From the NCBI RefSeq assembly GCF_947487605.1, contig NZ_CANKXK010000011.1:47759-111758 (forward strand): 64,000 nt of DNA, read 5' to 3'. Origin of the DNA: an uncultured Algibacter sp. Lineage in GTDB: Bacteria; Bacteroidota; Bacteroidia; Flavobacteriales; Flavobacteriaceae. Position 1 is the stretch's first letter. Every line of letters starts with the position of its first letter. The position numbers and the translations under genes are program-made. Shown piece after piece: positions 61,617 to 64,000 of the stretch. The notes under the pieces are model-generated. The model made no database searches. It was given only the letters and a program-made list of their open reading frames with translations, and was not told the origin of the DNA.

Positions 61617-62693
61617 CTATTGCAATTTAACTTTTGGATCTAACCAAACATAGATTAGGTCGACAAAAATATTGATAATTACAAACATAGTTGCAATAAT
61701 TAAAACTGCTCCCATAATTACTGGTAAATCAAGTGTGTTTAAAGAATTAACAATTTCTTTTCCGAGACCATTCCAACCAAAAATATATTCCACAAAAACT
61801 GCTCCTGCCAACATGGATGCAAACCAACCTGAAATTGCTGTAACAACTGGATTTAATGCGTTTTTTACCGCATGCCTTTTAATAATTTGAAATTCACTAA
61901 GTCCTTTTGCTCTTGCCGTTCTTATATAATCTTGATTAAAAACTTCTAATAAAGAATTGCGCATTAATTGAATAACCACCGCTAATGGACGAATACCTAA
62001 TACGATTGCTGGTAATATTAAATTTTTCCATTTTATATGCATTGCTTCACCAAAATCGTCCAATTCATAAAGACTTCCTGTCATTTCTAAATTGGTGTAT
62101 TTATGAAGCAGATAGCCAAAAAACCAAGCAAATAAAATAGCACTAAAGAATGATGGTATACTCATACCTAGTGTGCTTAAAACCTGAATCGTTTTATCTA
62201 ACCAATTATCCTTAAACAAAGCAGAAATAACTCCTAAAAAGACACCAAAAATAATGGCAATTACTATGGCTGCAATAGCCAATACGAAAGTATTAGGGAG
62301 TGTTTCTTTTAAAACCTGACTTACTTGTTTTCCTTGTTTTGTAAAAGACTCTCTTAAATAAGGTAATTTTAATACTGTGGTCGTACCTCCAATTGAAAAC
62401 AATTTGGTTGCAGTGTATTTTCCTGCTTTTAAAAATGTATAATCTGCATCATTATTTGAGTGAAAAGAAACTGGAGACAAATCGTTAAGATAATAAAGGT
62501 ATTGTGTAGAAATAGACTTATCAAAACCATATTTCTGTTTTACTAAAGCTAACTGCTCGCTATCTTCATTTTGTCCAAGCATCATTTGTGCAGGATCTCC
62601 TGGAAGTACATTAAATAAAAGAAAAATAACGGTCACTACTCCAAATAATGTGAGTAAGGAATACGTTATTTTATTTAGCAGATAGTTTATCAA
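61617..62693 (-). CDS. ABC transporter permease (DppB/OppB-like), orphan
   Basis: 358 aa. N-terminal LPGDPA motif and EAA-like loop (YIRTARAKGLSEFQIIKRHAVKNAL). No ATPase or binding protein adjacent. Confidence 0.8.
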   Translation of the reverse strand: MINYLLNKITYSLLTLFGVVTVIFLLFNVLPGDPAQMMLGQNEDSEQLALVKQKYGFDKSISTQYLYYLNDLSPVSFHSNNDADYTFLKAGKYTATKLFSIGGTTTVLKLPYLRESFTKQGKQVSQVLKETLPNTFVLAIAAIVIAIIFGVFLGVISALFKDNWLDKTIQVLSTLGMSIPSFFSAILFAWFFGYLLHKYTNLEMTGSLYELDDFGEAMHIKWKNLILPAIVLGIRPLAVVIQLMRNSLLEVFNQDYIRTARAKGLSEFQIIKRHAVKNALNPVVTAISGWFASMLAGAVFVEYIFGWNGLGKEIVNSLNTLDLPVIMGAVLIIATMFVIINIFVDLIYVWLDPKVKLQ

Positions 62694-62746
62694 TAAAAAA
62701 GTTTAATTGTTGATGTGTTTATTTATATGAGAACTAAAACCAAAAA

Positions 62747-63841
62747 CTATAATTTTAAATCACCAATATCATTCCAATGTACCTTTTGCTTTACTGTACC
62801 ATGAGCTAATTCTAAAATCCCTGGATTAGCACGCACTACAGTCTTTAATGCTTTTTCATCGCATAAATACCAATCGAAATCAACATTATAAGCCTCTTTA
62901 ATATGCTGTTTTGCCTCGTCTCCAGATGCTGTTAAGCCAATAATTGTATAACCCTTTTTAATAGCTTGATTTTGCAATTCTCTTAACTTTAAAGCACCAT
63001 CGCTTTCAATTTTTTCGAGACTATATGAAACGACCACAATTAAGTTTTCTTGCTCTAGATAGTGTGAAGTTAGATCTTCATCGTTACTTTCAATAGAAAA
63101 ATCTACAACAGGTGGTGTATAGCCTTCTTGTATAACTTTGGTTTCTACACTAACAAAATCACCATCCACAGAAGGGTATTGACCATTTGTTTTAATAACC
63201 TTTTCTTCTCCACCAATATTAAATTTCCAACTGTACTCTTGAATAGGTTTAGGAGCATCCTCAGGAATTTCCATACCTTCTTTAATATTGTTACCAATTT
63301 TATAAGCTCTAAAATCTATTGAAGGCAGGTGCATTAATACATGATAACCAAACCATAAACTTAAAATGAATCCCAAAAGTGCTAATACTGTTGTGGGTAG
63401 TTTTCCAAATATGGGTTTTATGTGCTTAACTCCAAAAAAGAGTATAACAATAAAAACTAAGAGAATAACATCTTTCCAAAAGGTTTCCCAAGGTTTAAGC
63501 TTTAAGAAATCACCAAAACATCCGCAGTCTTTTACTTTTTCGAAATAAGCAGCATAAAAAGTTAGGAATGTAAAAAAAACAATCATCCCTAAAAGGCTCC
63601 AAACTGTAAATTTAGGCTTATAGCCTATAAGTAAAAAGACGCCTAATACAACTTCGAATACAACAACAAAAATCGAAATCATTAATGCATAAGGTTCCAA
63701 AGAAGGAATATTTAAAACATCTTGACTAAAATATTCTTGAAGTTTATACGAGAACCCTAATGGATCATTGAGCTTTATAAAACCAGAGAATATAAATAAT
63801 ACACCTACTAATATTCTTGATATGCTTACTATTGCTTTCAT
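62747..63841 (-). CDS. DoxX-like membrane domain fused to a thioredoxin-like C-terminal domain (BT_3928-like family)
   Basis: 364 aa. N-terminal DoxX-type helices (ILVGVLFIFSGFIKLNDP), CGCF motif, soluble C-terminal domain. Confidence 0.65.
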   Translation of the reverse strand: MKAIVSISRILVGVLFIFSGFIKLNDPLGFSYKLQEYFSQDVLNIPSLEPYALMISIFVVVFEVVLGVFLLIGYKPKFTVWSLLGMIVFFTFLTFYAAYFEKVKDCGCFGDFLKLKPWETFWKDVILLVFIVILFFGVKHIKPIFGKLPTTVLALLGFILSLWFGYHVLMHLPSIDFRAYKIGNNIKEGMEIPEDAPKPIQEYSWKFNIGGEEKVIKTNGQYPSVDGDFVSVETKVIQEGYTPPVVDFSIESNDEDLTSHYLEQENLIVVVSYSLEKIESDGALKLRELQNQAIKKGYTIIGLTASGDEAKQHIKEAYNVDFDWYLCDEKALKTVVRANPGILELAHGTVKQKVHWNDIGDLKL

Positions 63842-63844
63842 ATT

Positions 63845-64000
63845 TTAGTTTTCATTTAAATGAATCATAGCAAAAACAGCATAATTAATCATATCTTGAT
63901 AATTAGCATCAACACCTTCACTTACCAATGTTTTTCCTTTATTATCTTCAATTTGCTTTACGCGTAAGAGTTTTTGCAAAATTAAATCGGTTAAACTGCT
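63845..64000 (-). CDS. DUF1599 domain-containing protein, C-terminal fragment (gene runs off the right edge)
   Basis: Own translation: ...SSLTDLILQKLLRVKQIEDNKGKTLVSEGVDANYQDMINYAVFAMIHLNEN*. The R.KQ.......EG....Y.D..NY..FA.I pattern matches my memory of DUF1599. Confidence 0.6.
   Translation of the reverse strand, partial: SSLTDLILQKLLRVKQIEDNKGKTLVSEGVDANYQDMINYAVFAMIHLNEN

Overview
Visibly AT-rich, Bacteroidota/Flavobacteriia-style chromosomal segment, judged from a SusC/SusD pair, TAnnTTTG-type promoter boxes, a type III glutamine synthetase and many DUF lipoproteins. I can support about 62 protein-coding genes, one tRNA-Arg(ACG), several intrinsic terminators, three families of short intergenic repeats and a set of recurring palindromic operator-like sites. 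I saw no rRNA, convincing CRISPR array, transposase, integrase or phage genes. Layout: (i) 1-19.1 kb is mixed housekeeping (ilvE, M49 peptidase, crcB, MFS, Lrp/AsnC, fused B12-dependent mutase IcmF, purU, OmpA-family). (ii) 19.2-33.0 kb is a beta-mannan-type polysaccharide utilisation locus: ECF sigma, FecR anti-sigma, STN-bearing SusC, SusD, an SGBP-like lipoprotein, GH26 and GH2 beta-mannosidase. (iii) 33.6-46.6 kb is housekeeping (pyrF, prfA, class II RNR nrdJ, purM-like, divergent GSIII/GSII, CaCA antiporter). (iv) 46.9-49.1 kb is a BlaI/BlaR1-like pair. (v) 49.7-58.9 kb is the most interesting block, a two-armed sulfide/persulfide-handling island. One arm is an SQR-TusE-DsrE operon next to a FadL-type porin and a cytochrome c. 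The other arm is Crp/Fnr, split YeeE, TauE, a CstB-like persulfide dioxygenase-rhodanese and an HMA protein. An identical TGACAAAAATCA palindromic core occurs upstream of sqr, the cstB-like gene and, 12 kb away, nrdJ. (vi) 58.9-64 kb holds clpS, prmA, tpiA, a TlpA-like protein, an orphan ABC permease, a DoxX-like protein and DUF1599. Limits: all family calls come from remembered sequence signatures and no searches were run. Coordinates of small elements were hand-counted, and motif searches by eye are not exhaustive.
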